DNA from: a virus
Strand: one strand, 5' to 3'
Length of the DNA: 64,000 bases
IMG/VR virus record: IMGVR_UViG_3300032053_000011
Span: 64,001-128,000 of that record
The notes beneath the pieces are model-generated. The model saw only the letters and a program-made list of their open reading frames with translations, did not search any database and was not told the DNA's origin. Below, piece by piece: positions 37,543-46,267 of this stretch. Each line of letters begins with the position of its first letter. The stretch's first letter is position 1. Both the position numbers and the translations under genes were made by a program.

Positions 37543-37881
37543 CTACTTGTGGCCCGGGTGCCATGTGTTGCCACCGTCGTGCGAGTGCACGCCTGCTCCG
37601 ACCGCCTGTGGGTTGAGCTTGCGTCCGCTGGTCGTCTCGGCGCGCGAGACGGCTTGGCGGAGTGCCCAGGAATTCCTCGCCGCCAGCGCGCGGTACGCGC
37701 AGACGTCGGACACGCCATCGCTGTCCTTCCAACCGGAGAAGGCGATCGCGCCGTTCTGTCCGATGTTGGCGCGGACCCGCCCGGCCGTGAGAGCGACCTC
37801 CAGGCGGCTCAGTGCCTTGGTGATCTGGATGTTGCGCGTCTCGAGCGTCATGCCCTCGGGGATCTTGCTATCGCACGGCAT
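37543..37881 (-). CDS. Conserved-looking phage hypothetical protein (MPCD start)
   Basis: IGQNGAIAF.GW...DGVSDVCAYRAL....SW.LRQA...AE; coupled to the upstream gene. Confidence 0.65.
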   Translation of the reverse strand: MPCDSKIPEGMTLETRNIQITKALSRLEVALTAGRVRANIGQNGAIAFSGWKDSDGVSDVCAYRALAARNSWALRQAVSRAETTSGRKLNPQAVGAGVHSHDGGNTWHPGHK

Positions 37882-38681
37882 CAGACTGCCGCCGCGTGAA
37901 CAACCGGGGCATCCGTGGCCGCGTCGGCATCGGCATCGGCGCCGAGATCCGCGAACCGCTGAATGGTGACCGCGGGGAGCGACAGGGAGGTCTGAACGGC
38001 ATCCTCTTCGAGGTCGAGGAATGTGACCCGGGCGCGGTCGATTGCGCCGCGACGCATGTCCTTGAGAACGAGGGCAGCCTCTTCGCCGCCCTTCTCGATG
38101 CGGCGAACGATCTCGCGGGCATTGGCGCGGGCCGCCGTCACCGCCTCGGTCACGATCTTCTCGCGTTCCGGCGATAGCATCGCCGACAGCTCACGGGCGC
38201 GGGTCGCGGCGGCGCGGATCGATTCCGGGTTGAGCTTCTCGACGCTCGAGCCCAGCTCGTTGATCAGACCAGCCAACTCCGCGTTGATCGTCTTCACGGC
38301 CTGCTCGTCGGTCGCAGCGATCCGGCCACGAAGCATGTGCAGCTCCACGACGGAGCACTTGGCCTGCGCGTTGTGGGCATCGCGCATCTCGAGCGCCTTG
38401 GCGAACGCTGCGTCGAGCTCCGCTTCCTTTTCGGCGGGGCACAGCAGACCGAAACTCGTCGTAATGCATACGCCGCGTATCTGCGCGATCGCGTTGCTGC
38501 GAGCCTTCTGCGCCAGCGCGTGCTCCTTCGGGTCGTTGATCACGCGCGTTGTTTCCCAACGGACGGTCGCTTCCGAGTCGGACTCGAGGTTGACGCGGGT
38601 GTAGTTGACTCCACCGCGGACGGTGCTGCGCAGGGCGATGAGGAGGCCGGGCTTGATCGTGAGGGTCGCTGACGGTGCCAT
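37881..38681 (-). CDS. Helical hypothetical protein, DUF3150-like (AAA partner candidate)
   Basis: PGLLIAL...RGGV.Y, T.FGLLCP, long helical C-terminus ending FLDLE. Confidence 0.6.
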   Translation of the reverse strand: MAPSATLTIKPGLLIALRSTVRGGVNYTRVNLESDSEATVRWETTRVINDPKEHALAQKARSNAIAQIRGVCITTSFGLLCPAEKEAELDAAFAKALEMRDAHNAQAKCSVVELHMLRGRIAATDEQAVKTINAELAGLINELGSSVEKLNPESIRAAATRARELSAMLSPEREKIVTEAVTAARANAREIVRRIEKGGEEAALVLKDMRRGAIDRARVTFLDLEEDAVQTSLSLPAVTIQRFADLGADADADAATDAPVVHAAAV

Positions 38682-38729
38682 GTGACGGATCCTTTGGTTG
38701 GGCGCCAGCGGTGTTGCTGACGTTGGGTA

Positions 38730-38759
38730 GGTATATATGCACGGGCCGTGCGGTGTCAA
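38730..38759 (-). promoter_or_regulatory. Sigma70-type promoter with operator B (GCACGG-G-CCGTGC)
   Basis: Minus strand TTGACA-N16/18-TATATA/TATACC; palindrome 38739-38751; 22 of 24 nt identical to 33840-33863. Confidence 0.8.
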
Positions 38760-38850
38760 GCGAGTCGAACGCTTTTCTCGTTCACCCCATGAACACGCAA
38801 GGCGCCTGGGCGGTCTTGCGCCGCGCGGGCGGGCGACCTACCAACGTCCG

Positions 38851-39183
38851 ATGAATCGCCGCCAGCGTCGAAAGAACGCACTGGGCGAGTTCGTCCAGTT
38901 CGGGTTCTCCGTCGACGGCTCGTTCGTTTCCGATGGGCTACGTGACACAGAGCCGTTCTGCGATGCGCTGATCGCTTTCGTGGAGAGCCGCGGACTCAGC
39001 TACGGTGGCAGCATCGACGCCTTCGGGATGGAGGGGTTCGTCGAGCGCTGGCGTCGGAACGAGCGTGGTCGTTGGAGCACGGTCACCAGCACCGATGCCG
39101 ATCGCGCTTTGGTCGGGCGCTGGTTGTGTGCTAGACAAGAGATAGCCAGCGTCGCTGTGGGTCCGCTGCGCGTGATCCGGTGA
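38851..39183 (+). CDS. yggL: YggL (DUF469)-like 50S ribosome-binding protein
   Basis: RRQRRK...GEFVQFGFSV, FVESRGL.YGG, T.ADRA.V..WL and VGPL. Confidence 0.75.
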   Translation: MNRRQRRKNALGEFVQFGFSVDGSFVSDGLRDTEPFCDALIAFVESRGLSYGGSIDAFGMEGFVERWRRNERGRWSTVTSTDADRALVGRWLCARQEIASVAVGPLRVIR

Positions 39184-39207
39184 ACCACTGAGCTCGAGGT
39201 TCGGTCC

Positions 39208-40002
39208 ATGAAGATCAAAGAGAAGGTCCGCAAGCGCATCGTCCGCACCGTGGTGAAGGACATCCTCTGCAACCTATGCGGGGAGAGCTGCATGAAAACG
39301 CAGCATGAAGGGACGCCGCAGGCGCGTCAGTATCTGACGGGAGGATCCACAGTGGTGGACGGCGGCTACGAGAGTGCCTTCCCGCCGGACTATCACCGGT
39401 GGCGATTCGATCTGTGCGAGTCCTGCCTCGGTTTCCTCGTCTCGCGTTTCAAGATCCAGCCGACAGATTGCGACATGACTAACGCGGTGTTCCGCGGCGG
39501 GAAACCGGAAGCCATCGAAGACTATCACCCGACACGCGACATGCTCGCGAACGGGACGATCCACGACGCCGAGACGACGATCGGGGACCGCACTTTCGGC
39601 GCTACGCCAGACTGGATCAGAATCGCATACGCCAGGGCCATGGCGAAGGGCGCGCTGATCACCGGCGATAGCGTGGCGCAGCGCGCGGCCGATGCCGCCA
39701 ACGCGGTGAGCGACGAACTCGAGCGGCAGCGTGGAGCGCATCGTGGTGAGTGCTGGGCGACACACGAGGCGTTGAGCGCCATCGGCTGCCCAGGATCTGG
39801 CTCGGTGCTGGAGCGCGTTCAATTGCTTCGCGCCGAGACGGTCGATGAGAGGCTGGTCGGCCAACTCCGCCAGCTCCACGACGTTCTCGAGAAGATCTTC
39901 GAGACCGAGATGAAGCTTCTCTCGCCGACGTCTATCGATCGACATGCGGTCGCGGTGGCGCTCGACGATGCCAGGGCATACCTCGAGGAGCGCGCGAAGT
40001 AA
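39208..40002 (+). CDS. Hypothetical protein with CxxC...DLCExC Zn motif
   Basis: ILCNLCGESC...GGYES...FDLCESC. Confidence 0.6.
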   Translation: MKIKEKVRKRIVRTVVKDILCNLCGESCMKTQHEGTPQARQYLTGGSTVVDGGYESAFPPDYHRWRFDLCESCLGFLVSRFKIQPTDCDMTNAVFRGGKPEAIEDYHPTRDMLANGTIHDAETTIGDRTFGATPDWIRIAYARAMAKGALITGDSVAQRAADAANAVSDELERQRGAHRGECWATHEALSAIGCPGSGSVLERVQLLRAETVDERLVGQLRQLHDVLEKIFETEMKLLSPTSIDRHAVAVALDDARAYLEERAK

Positions 40003-40042
40003 CGGCCGCGCGACTTTCGCGCGGAGACAAGGGAAAGACGAC

Positions 40043-40255
40043 ATGGCGATCGAAGGATTGGAACGGATGTTCGGCGAGCTTCTCGGCGTGATTGGATCGG
40101 CCGACGAGACGGCCGTCTACGTGCGTGCGATCCGACGCGCATCCATCGAGGGAGCGAAGGCATTCGCAGCGTCTCTCGAGAGCTACGACGCGGCGGAAGT
40201 GAAGAGCCTCGAGAAACCAGCGCAGGTCGCGTTGCCACCGGGCGCCGAGCGTTGA
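40043..40255 (+). CDS. Small hypothetical protein
   Basis: RBS-like AGGGAA upstream. Confidence 0.45.
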   Translation: MAIEGLERMFGELLGVIGSADETAVYVRAIRRASIEGAKAFAASLESYDAAEVKSLEKPAQVALPPGAER

Positions 40256-40479
40256 TCTGTGCGCATGCTGCGCAGAGTGCGTTCGTGATCGAGCTCCGCC
40301 AGTGCGAGGCGATGGACTGGGTCCCGACCGAGGACGACGCGGAGTACCTGCGCTGCCCGAGGGATGGCGCGGTGATTGAAGAGCGGGATGAGTTCGGCCA
40401 TGTCCGGCATCGATCCGTGTGTGTGGATCACGGTCTCGATCTGTGCAGTGCGATTCTCGCGGATGTGTCCGATGGGTAG
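40252..40479 (+). CDS. Small Cys-containing hypothetical protein
   Basis: 4-nt overlap with the upstream stop. Confidence 0.35.
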   Translation: MICAHAAQSAFVIELRQCEAMDWVPTEDDAEYLRCPRDGAVIEERDEFGHVRHRSVCVDHGLDLCSAILADVSDG

Positions 40480-40512
40480 ATACGAAGTCAGTGGTGTTGG
40501 GCTGGAAGACGA

Positions 40513-40815
40513 ATGAGCGCTGCGCATGAGCATGCTGCATGGCTGACGCTCGTGCAGGTCATCGTGTGCGATGCGATCGAGGATGTCGTCGTCATTCACT
40601 CCTCGGCGCGGACCACGAGTGATGCGGTGAGACTGTGGATTGGGCGCGTCGATACACACCACACGGCATGGTTCGACGTGTCGGTGAACGGCGAGATCAC
40701 GGCGACGACGCGCGGCAACGGTGCCCGCCGTATGCTGGATGACGTCAGCATCGACGACATTGGCATCGAGTCGGCTCGACTGCTCGCATGGGTCCAGCGT
40801 GGAACTGCCGTCTGA
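40513..40815 (+). CDS. Hypothetical protein
   Basis: ATG start; protein-like composition. Confidence 0.45.
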   Translation: MSAAHEHAAWLTLVQVIVCDAIEDVVVIHSSARTTSDAVRLWIGRVDTHHTAWFDVSVNGEITATTRGNGARRMLDDVSIDDIGIESARLLAWVQRGTAV

Positions 40816-40826
40816 CGTTCAGCCGG

Positions 40827-41480
40827 TCATCGCCGAGACTGCGCAGCGACAACGCCGGGCAGAAGTTCGTTCAGACGCAACCACTCACGCTGGAGCGGCG
40901 TCGGATACCAATACTGCTCACGTTCCTCGCCGAAGCGTGGATCGTAACGAGTGCCCTCGGGCGAGTCGCGGAACCGCTCCTCGGCCTCGCTCCAAGAGAC
41001 GTAGCGTCGGATCTGGTCCTCGTTGAGGACGTGATCGCCCTCGGCTGACAACTCAGCGAAGAATCCGTACTCAGCATCCCGAGCATCCCGAAGCTTCCAT
41101 GGATCGTCGACGTCAGGGCGAACGATCTCGAGCAGTCGTGGCGGTTCGGTCGCGATCGTATCGGCGAGGAGTCGTCGCCATGTTCGCTCGATCGAAGATC
41201 CGAATGCATACCCAGGCGTCTCGAAGTCGAGCGCACGGCGGCCGGTCTTCGTGAGGATGGCAATGGCCTCGCCGCGGGCGATGATGTCGGCGGCCATCTC
41301 CATCGCCTCGGGTGCGATTCCGATCGCGACGACGGACTGAACGAGGCGATACACGCCTGGATCCGCGATTTCGTACGGCCGTGGCGGCGTCTTGTCGAAG
41401 TCGATCGCGTACGGAGCATTGAACGTCGGCCGCAGGCTCTCCATGGTGACGGCAACCCAGAGTGGATACGGCGCGGTCAT
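40827..41480 (-). CDS. Hypothetical protein
   Basis: ATG 41480 coupled to the stop at 41477. Confidence 0.55.
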   Translation of the reverse strand: MTAPYPLWVAVTMESLRPTFNAPYAIDFDKTPPRPYEIADPGVYRLVQSVVAIGIAPEAMEMAADIIARGEAIAILTKTGRRALDFETPGYAFGSSIERTWRRLLADTIATEPPRLLEIVRPDVDDPWKLRDARDAEYGFFAELSAEGDHVLNEDQIRRYVSWSEAEERFRDSPEGTRYDPRFGEEREQYWYPTPLQREWLRLNELLPGVVAAQSRR

Positions 41481-41842
41481 CGTTGTGTCCGACGGTACTG
41501 CGCCGCGCGTTGCGCCGCGAGCGCGACGCCCGGCAGAGCCACGTTCAGCGAGAGCCACTTGTCCTGAACCGTGATCGGCGGTGACATCGGGATATACGTG
41601 GTGGCGAGCCAGAGAAGGATGCCGACCACTACGAGGACCTGGATGATCTGACCGAAGATGCCGAGGGCCACGAAGATTCCGAAGACCTGAAGGATCCAGA
41701 ACACGAGCGCGATCACCACGACAGTGACGAGGAGCTGTTTGATCGGTGGGGCCATCGGGACGTATGTGGTCACGAGTCCCAGCAGAAGGCCTGCCAGGAC
41801 GAGAACAACGATGATCGTGCCGATGGCGCCGAGGTGGATCAT
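41477..41842 (-). CDS. Thivi_2564-like small membrane protein with partial internal duplication
   Basis: LLGLVTTYVPMAPPIK...FWILQVFG followed by LLWLATTYIPMSPPI. Confidence 0.65.
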   Translation of the reverse strand: MIHLGAIGTIIVVLVLAGLLLGLVTTYVPMAPPIKQLLVTVVVIALVFWILQVFGIFVALGIFGQIIQVLVVVGILLWLATTYIPMSPPITVQDKWLSLNVALPGVALAAQRAAQYRRTQR

Positions 41843-41962
41843 CGTCCCAGACTGCTCGCTTCCACGCCAGAATGGTAGCGGTGACGGAACCGCCCCGGGC
41901 GCGTATCATGCGCGCGCCGCCGTTGACGCAGACCATACGACCGTGTTCAGCATGGTGTCGCG

Positions 41963-42700
41963 ATGCCCAACCCAATCGTGCACTGGCGCGACATCCTCAC
42001 GCTCGATTGGCCGCAGAACCCCAAGCCCTGGATCCTCCTGCCCGAGGGAGAGCGGTTGCCATCGGTCGTGATGTCGGTGGTCTGGGGCACCGTCTCGGAG
42101 GCACACGGACGCGCGCTCGAGTGCGGGATGCTGGTCAGCAGCGCCCGCGCGGCGGCACTCTCCGAACAACTTCAGCTCCTGGCGATCGACCTCTGCGAGA
42201 ACTGCATGGCGCATCGGTATTGCGTGCGGCTACTCCAGCGCGGCGATGAGTTCCGACGCCGGACGCTTCTTGCGGGAATGACCCGACCCGGCACCAGCGC
42301 CACCTGGGTGGGCGACCACGATCGCTTCATGCGCTTCGCGACAGCCCCGGCCGATCCGCCGCCTCCTCCATGGCGCACCGGCTTCGCGGACCCATATGGG
42401 TCGATGTGGGATAGCGGGAGATACGCCGACCGAGTCCGGGAAGCCATGGAGGACATGCATCGGCAGCGGCCACCCGGCCGAGCGATCTCGATACCGGCCG
42501 ACGAGCGCGAGGTGCGCAAGGCCGCCAAGACCCTCGGAGTTACCCTCCCCACGACGGTGGATGCAGTTCAAAAGGCCTGGAAGCGAAAGGCGAGACAGCA
42601 TCACCCGGATTCGCATCCCGACGGCAAGGATGGGTCGACAGAGAAAATGGTAGCTGTAAACGTCGCGCGCGACCTATTATTGCGTCACCTCCGCACTTGA
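41963..42700 (+). CDS. C-terminal J-domain protein
   Basis: AKTLGV.......VQKAWKRKARQHHPD......EKMVAVNVARDLL. Confidence 0.8.
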   Translation: MPNPIVHWRDILTLDWPQNPKPWILLPEGERLPSVVMSVVWGTVSEAHGRALECGMLVSSARAAALSEQLQLLAIDLCENCMAHRYCVRLLQRGDEFRRRTLLAGMTRPGTSATWVGDHDRFMRFATAPADPPPPPWRTGFADPYGSMWDSGRYADRVREAMEDMHRQRPPGRAISIPADEREVRKAAKTLGVTLPTTVDAVQKAWKRKARQHHPDSHPDGKDGSTEKMVAVNVARDLLLRHLRT

Positions 42701-42712
42701 AAGGCAAACCCA

Positions 42713-43108
42713 ATGGGTCTCCTCGATTACGTCCAGAAGTCCGTCCGCGTGGCCCAGGACGTGGCCGCCGCGGCAAAGCTGATCGCCGGAGCCGCCCCCG
42801 CGATGAAGTCAGCGATGGCGGACGTCGAGCAGGCTGCGAATCTGTTCCGCGGCGAGGCGCGCGTCGATCCGACCGCTGGCGGCGTCACCGATGGGATGAA
42901 CTACCCGCCCGAAGTGCTCCACGCGGCAGGCGTCCTGGGGCTCTCCCTGCCTGCTACGCGAGCCGATGTCGACGCTGCCTACAAGAAAGCAGCGAGGCTC
43001 GCACACCCCGATCGTCTGAACGGCGACACTGCCGCGATGGTGCGCGTAAATCGCGCAAAAGGAACGATGGTTCGCTATCTGGCACCTGTATCGGCTGCGC
43101 CGCGCTGA
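42713..43108 (+). CDS. C-terminal J-domain protein (second)
   Basis: AGVLGL.......VDAAYKKAARLAHPDR..GD...MVRVNRA. Confidence 0.8.
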   Translation: MGLLDYVQKSVRVAQDVAAAAKLIAGAAPAMKSAMADVEQAANLFRGEARVDPTAGGVTDGMNYPPEVLHAAGVLGLSLPATRADVDAAYKKAARLAHPDRLNGDTAAMVRVNRAKGTMVRYLAPVSAAPR

Positions 43109-43175
43109 TACAGGCTGTCGATACATCCACACGTTTTCCACACCTCGTTTCGGCGCCGCGTGTTACCTTTGAGGC

Positions 43176-44162
43176 ATGGGTGCTGACGCCGCCGCCTCCA
43201 GCTCTGCTGCTCCTGCATTCATGCCGCTGTTCCCCGAGGTTCCGGTCGACGCGTGCGCGTTCATCGAACTGTTCGGGATCTCGACGCGCGGCAAAGGCGA
43301 GGAGGACCTGTGGCTGATCGACAAGATCAAGCCCGCCTCCATCGAGCAGGACATCACCGATCAGTATGGAGGTGGCCGCTTTCAGCTCGGCGCCGTCGCC
43401 CCTGATGCCGCCGCGGGCGGCAAGAAGCGTTACGTGATGGAGCGGCAGCTCGCGCTGGTAGGCGAGGAGCGCTGGCGCTCGCTGGTACCGCAACTCCGCG
43501 AAGAATCAGAGAGAAAGGCGCGAGAAGCCAACATGAGCCGAGGATATCAGCCGCCCGCACCGGGAGCCCCCGCCGCAGGGTATCCCCCAGGTTACCCGCA
43601 GCAGGCCGGTGGCTATCCACCGGCGGGCTACGGTCCGCCGGGGTATCCGCCCGGCGGCTATCCACCGGCGGGCTATCCGCCCGCGGGGTATCCACCTGCC
43701 GGATACGGCGGCGGACAGGCCGCGCCGAACCGCCCGGACGAGTTCGAACGGACGCTGAACAATACGAAGGCGCTCACCACCCTGATTCAGGGTTCCGGGT
43801 CGCAGCACACCAGCAACGACCAATCACAGATCCAGTGGCTTCAGGGAGAACTGAACCGCAAGAACGGCGAGATCGAACAGATCCGTGGGACGCACCGTGA
43901 TCAGTTGGCCCAGCGCGATGCCGAGGTCTTCAAGCTGCGCAACGACTTCCTCACCCTCCAGGGCGAGCTGTTCCAGATGCGCGCCGAGCGCGCCGCGGGA
44001 GTTCGTCCCGGCGAAGCGCCGTCGATGGCCGGTCAGGTTGGCGTCGCCGCCGTCCAGGCAATGATCCCCAAGCTCATGGACAACCCCGCCATCGGACGTC
44101 TGATCGGCAGCCTCGCCACCTCGATGGGCGCGCCGCCTGCGGGCACGAGTGGTAGCGGCTGA
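43176..44162 (+). CDS. Protein with GYPP(A/G) repeats and coiled coil
   Basis: About seven GYPP/GYGPP/GYP units at roughly 43575-43705, then a Gln/Glu coiled coil. Confidence 0.75.
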   Translation: MGADAAASSSAAPAFMPLFPEVPVDACAFIELFGISTRGKGEEDLWLIDKIKPASIEQDITDQYGGGRFQLGAVAPDAAAGGKKRYVMERQLALVGEERWRSLVPQLREESERKAREANMSRGYQPPAPGAPAAGYPPGYPQQAGGYPPAGYGPPGYPPGGYPPAGYPPAGYPPAGYGGGQAAPNRPDEFERTLNNTKALTTLIQGSGSQHTSNDQSQIQWLQGELNRKNGEIEQIRGTHRDQLAQRDAEVFKLRNDFLTLQGELFQMRAERAAGVRPGEAPSMAGQVGVAAVQAMIPKLMDNPAIGRLIGSLATSMGAPPAGTSGSG

Positions 44163-44170
44163 GGGCTGAG

Positions 44171-44530
44171 GTGAGTGATCCGCTCGTTCCCGCCACGACT
44201 TGGGGCGAGGTCGTAGGGCGCGTACTGATCAGCACGCGCAATTCGATCTCGATGACCCAGGCCGAGATGGCACGTAGAGTCGGCCTCAGCAAGGGCGCAT
44301 GGTCGCGGATCGAACATGGCTCGAGAGCCTTCAGGATCGACCAACTCGAGAACGCAGCGCGCGCCATGGGCACCACGTCCGATGATATCCTGCGCCTCGC
44401 TCGGCTCGTTGCCGAACATCTCAGAGCGCGGGGCATTCGCGTAGAGACGGCACGCGAACTCACCGTTGGTCGCGTGGGGATCGACGGCAGTGCCCTCGCG
44501 ACGCTGGCCGATCAAGTCATGAACTCGTAG
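44171..44530 (+). CDS. XRE-family HTH regulator
   Basis: MTQAEMARRVGLSKGAWSRIEHG....IDQLENAARAMG. Confidence 0.85.
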   Translation: MSDPLVPATTWGEVVGRVLISTRNSISMTQAEMARRVGLSKGAWSRIEHGSRAFRIDQLENAARAMGTTSDDILRLARLVAEHLRARGIRVETARELTVGRVGIDGSALATLADQVMNS

Positions 44531-44536
44531 CAGTGG

Positions 44537-44565
44537 TTGACGCCGATGCGCTAGGACGGCATTGT
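44537..44565 (+). promoter_or_regulatory. Promoter for the tRNA gene
   Basis: TTGACG-N17-CATTGT, ending 5 nt before the tRNA 5' end. Confidence 0.6.
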
Positions 44566-44570
44566 ACTCG

Positions 44571-44645
44571 TACGAGCGGGGGGTGGAGTCATCCTGCCGG
44601 TCTCATAAGCCGGACAACTGGGCGCGACTCCCAGGCTCGGAACCA
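44571..44645 (+). tRNA. Atypical tRNA with CAU anticodon (Met or Ile2)
   Basis: TACGAGC/GCTCGGA-A-CCA acceptor (one mismatch), D-arm GGGTG-GAGT-CATCC, CCGGT-CTCATAA-GCCGG, and CTGGG-CGCGACT-CCCAG. Confidence 0.8.
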
Positions 44646-44651
44646 CACACC

Positions 44652-44690
44652 CAGAACGCCTCGGCATCCAATCGATGCCGAGGCGTTCTG
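44652..44690 (+). terminator. Perfect 17-bp hairpin after the tRNA
   Basis: CAGAACGCCTCGGCATC-CAATC-GATGCCGAGGCGTTCTG; only a weak U-tract follows. Confidence 0.65.
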
Positions 44691-45064
44691 CTTCAGCGCC
44701 GATAGCCGGGGCCGGGATGCTCTGCCGGATTCCACGGAAGAGCGACGCGAGCGGGAGCAGCCGGGTCCAATGCTGGGCCGCTCTTGGCCGACATCGAATA
44801 CTGGACCGTGTAACCCTCCCGCACGAGCTCGCGCGGAGTGATCTGGATCCCGTGCTTCGCGAACTCCGCAATCAACTGATGTGCGAACACCAGCGCATTA
44901 CGAAGGTCGGGTTCGCCGATTGGCTCATCTCGATTGGCGCGTCCAATGGCCTCGCAAACCGCGTCGGCGAGTGGCTGAAGGTGTTGAGGGATCATGCCGA
45001 CAACGGTACCAGGACCATGTCTGCGTGGAAACATGATCTGGACCGACTGCTGCCTGCGTTGCGC

Positions 45065-45093
45065 TTGACGCGCGCTAGCACCAAGGCTACGGT
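45065..45093 (+). promoter_or_regulatory. Promoter with operator A variant ahead of an RHH gene
   Basis: TTGACG-N17-TACGGT with GCTAGC at 45074 and GCTACG downstream. Confidence 0.65.
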
Positions 45094-45103
45094 CCATTCT
45101 AAT

Positions 45104-45397
45104 ATGGCGAAATCATCGAAGACCCGGACCCCGCCGCGTCGGCCCGCGCGTGTCCTGTTTGTGCGCGTTCCCGAAGAAACACTCGCATGGCTGGACGATC
45201 TCGCCGCCGTACGTGAAACCGCGACGGGATTGCCGGTGAATCGCTCGGACGTGGTACGGCTGTTGATCGGTGAGGCGAAGAAAGCCGCCATGCCGACCGA
45301 GTCAGCGGAAACGCTGGCAGCGCTCTCTTCGGTCTCGAAGAAACCGAAGAGCAAGGTCGCCAAGAATGGCAGCAAGGCTCGTCACGCGACCGGATAG
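45104..45397 (+). CDS. Ribbon-helix-helix regulator
   Basis: VLFVRVPEETLAWLDDLA.........NRSDVVRLLI; ATG 45104 follows the promoter. Confidence 0.75.
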   Translation: MAKSSKTRTPPRRPARVLFVRVPEETLAWLDDLAAVRETATGLPVNRSDVVRLLIGEAKKAAMPTESAETLAALSSVSKKPKSKVAKNGSKARHATG

Positions 45398-45409
45398 AGC
45401 TGGAATTCC

Positions 45410-45754
45410 ATGGCCAAGACGCACGTCTCTACGAGGGTGGCTGTGCGAGAAGAGCGGAGGCTCACGAAGCGAGCCCGCGCAATCATGCGGTTGATGGTCG
45501 AGCCGAAGGACGGCGACGATGGCCAGTTGGTTGGCGAGTCAGGCCAGTGGTGGGTCGATCTCGAGCGAACGTCGTGGTCTGTCGTCCGCCAGCTTCTGAA
45601 GCTCTGCCTGATCCGGCTGGAGTACGAAGACAATCGCGGCAACTACCAGCAGTATGCCGCGACGGATGAAGCTCGGAAGATTCTCGACGATCCTAGCTAT
45701 GTGACGATGATCGAGCGCGCAAAAGCGACCGGAAAGCCGGTGTACGCGTTCTGA
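45410..45754 (+). CDS. Hypothetical protein, wHTH-like
   Basis: LTKRARAIMRLM...VVRQLLKLCLI...YAATDEARKIL. Confidence 0.6.
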   Translation: MAKTHVSTRVAVREERRLTKRARAIMRLMVEPKDGDDGQLVGESGQWWVDLERTSWSVVRQLLKLCLIRLEYEDNRGNYQQYAATDEARKILDDPSYVTMIERAKATGKPVYAF

Positions 45755-45759
45755 CGTCG

Positions 45760-46239
45760 TCAGTGATGTGGTCCGGGGCCGGGATGCGGACCTGGATGCG
45801 GGCCAGGGCCAGGACCCGGATGCGGGCCCGGCCCGGGATGTCCGGGATGCAGCGGGAAGTGCGCGGGCCGACCCTGCCAGAAATGATACGGCGCGTACTG
45901 CCGGGTGTACGCGTTGACGAGAAAGGTCTCGCTGCTCGGGTCGGCGAAGTAGAACGGGTGGAGGACGATCGGGTACACCGCATTCGGTGGGATCAGCAGG
46001 TCCTCGAGCCCGGTCACTTCGATCATGAAGCGGTGGGACTCCCAGACGCCGCCGACCTGAGAGACGTTGACCTCGGCCATCTGCCGTCCGCCTTCCGGCG
46101 CGAGGATCGTGACGTCGACGAGCCACCAGCCTGTTCCTTCCACGCCAAAGTGTGAGGACACGAGCTGTCGCACGTCCCGTGCGAAGTCATTCCAGGAGCG
46201 CGGCAGCGGATCGGTGCGGACCGTGATGAAGTCGCTCAT
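45760..46239 (-). CDS. Protein with C-terminal His/Pro/Gly repeat tail
   Basis: MSDFITV...HPGHPGPGPHPGPGPGPHPGPHPGPGPHH. Confidence 0.65.
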   Translation of the reverse strand: MSDFITVRTDPLPRSWNDFARDVRQLVSSHFGVEGTGWWLVDVTILAPEGGRQMAEVNVSQVGGVWESHRFMIEVTGLEDLLIPPNAVYPIVLHPFYFADPSSETFLVNAYTRQYAPYHFWQGRPAHFPLHPGHPGPGPHPGPGPGPHPGPHPGPGPHH

Positions 46240-46267
46240 CGGCCGATCGTACGCTAGGATGTTCACC

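Noticed and set aside
44571-44645. tRNA as prophage attachment site
   Set aside because: No integrase nearby, no duplicated 3' end seen, and virus-like genes continue on both sides.
44675-45103. N-terminal extension of the RHH ORF to 240 aa
   Set aside because: It starts inside the hairpin, and a good promoter lies at 45065-45093 before ATG 45104. Coding status of the upstream part is unresolved.
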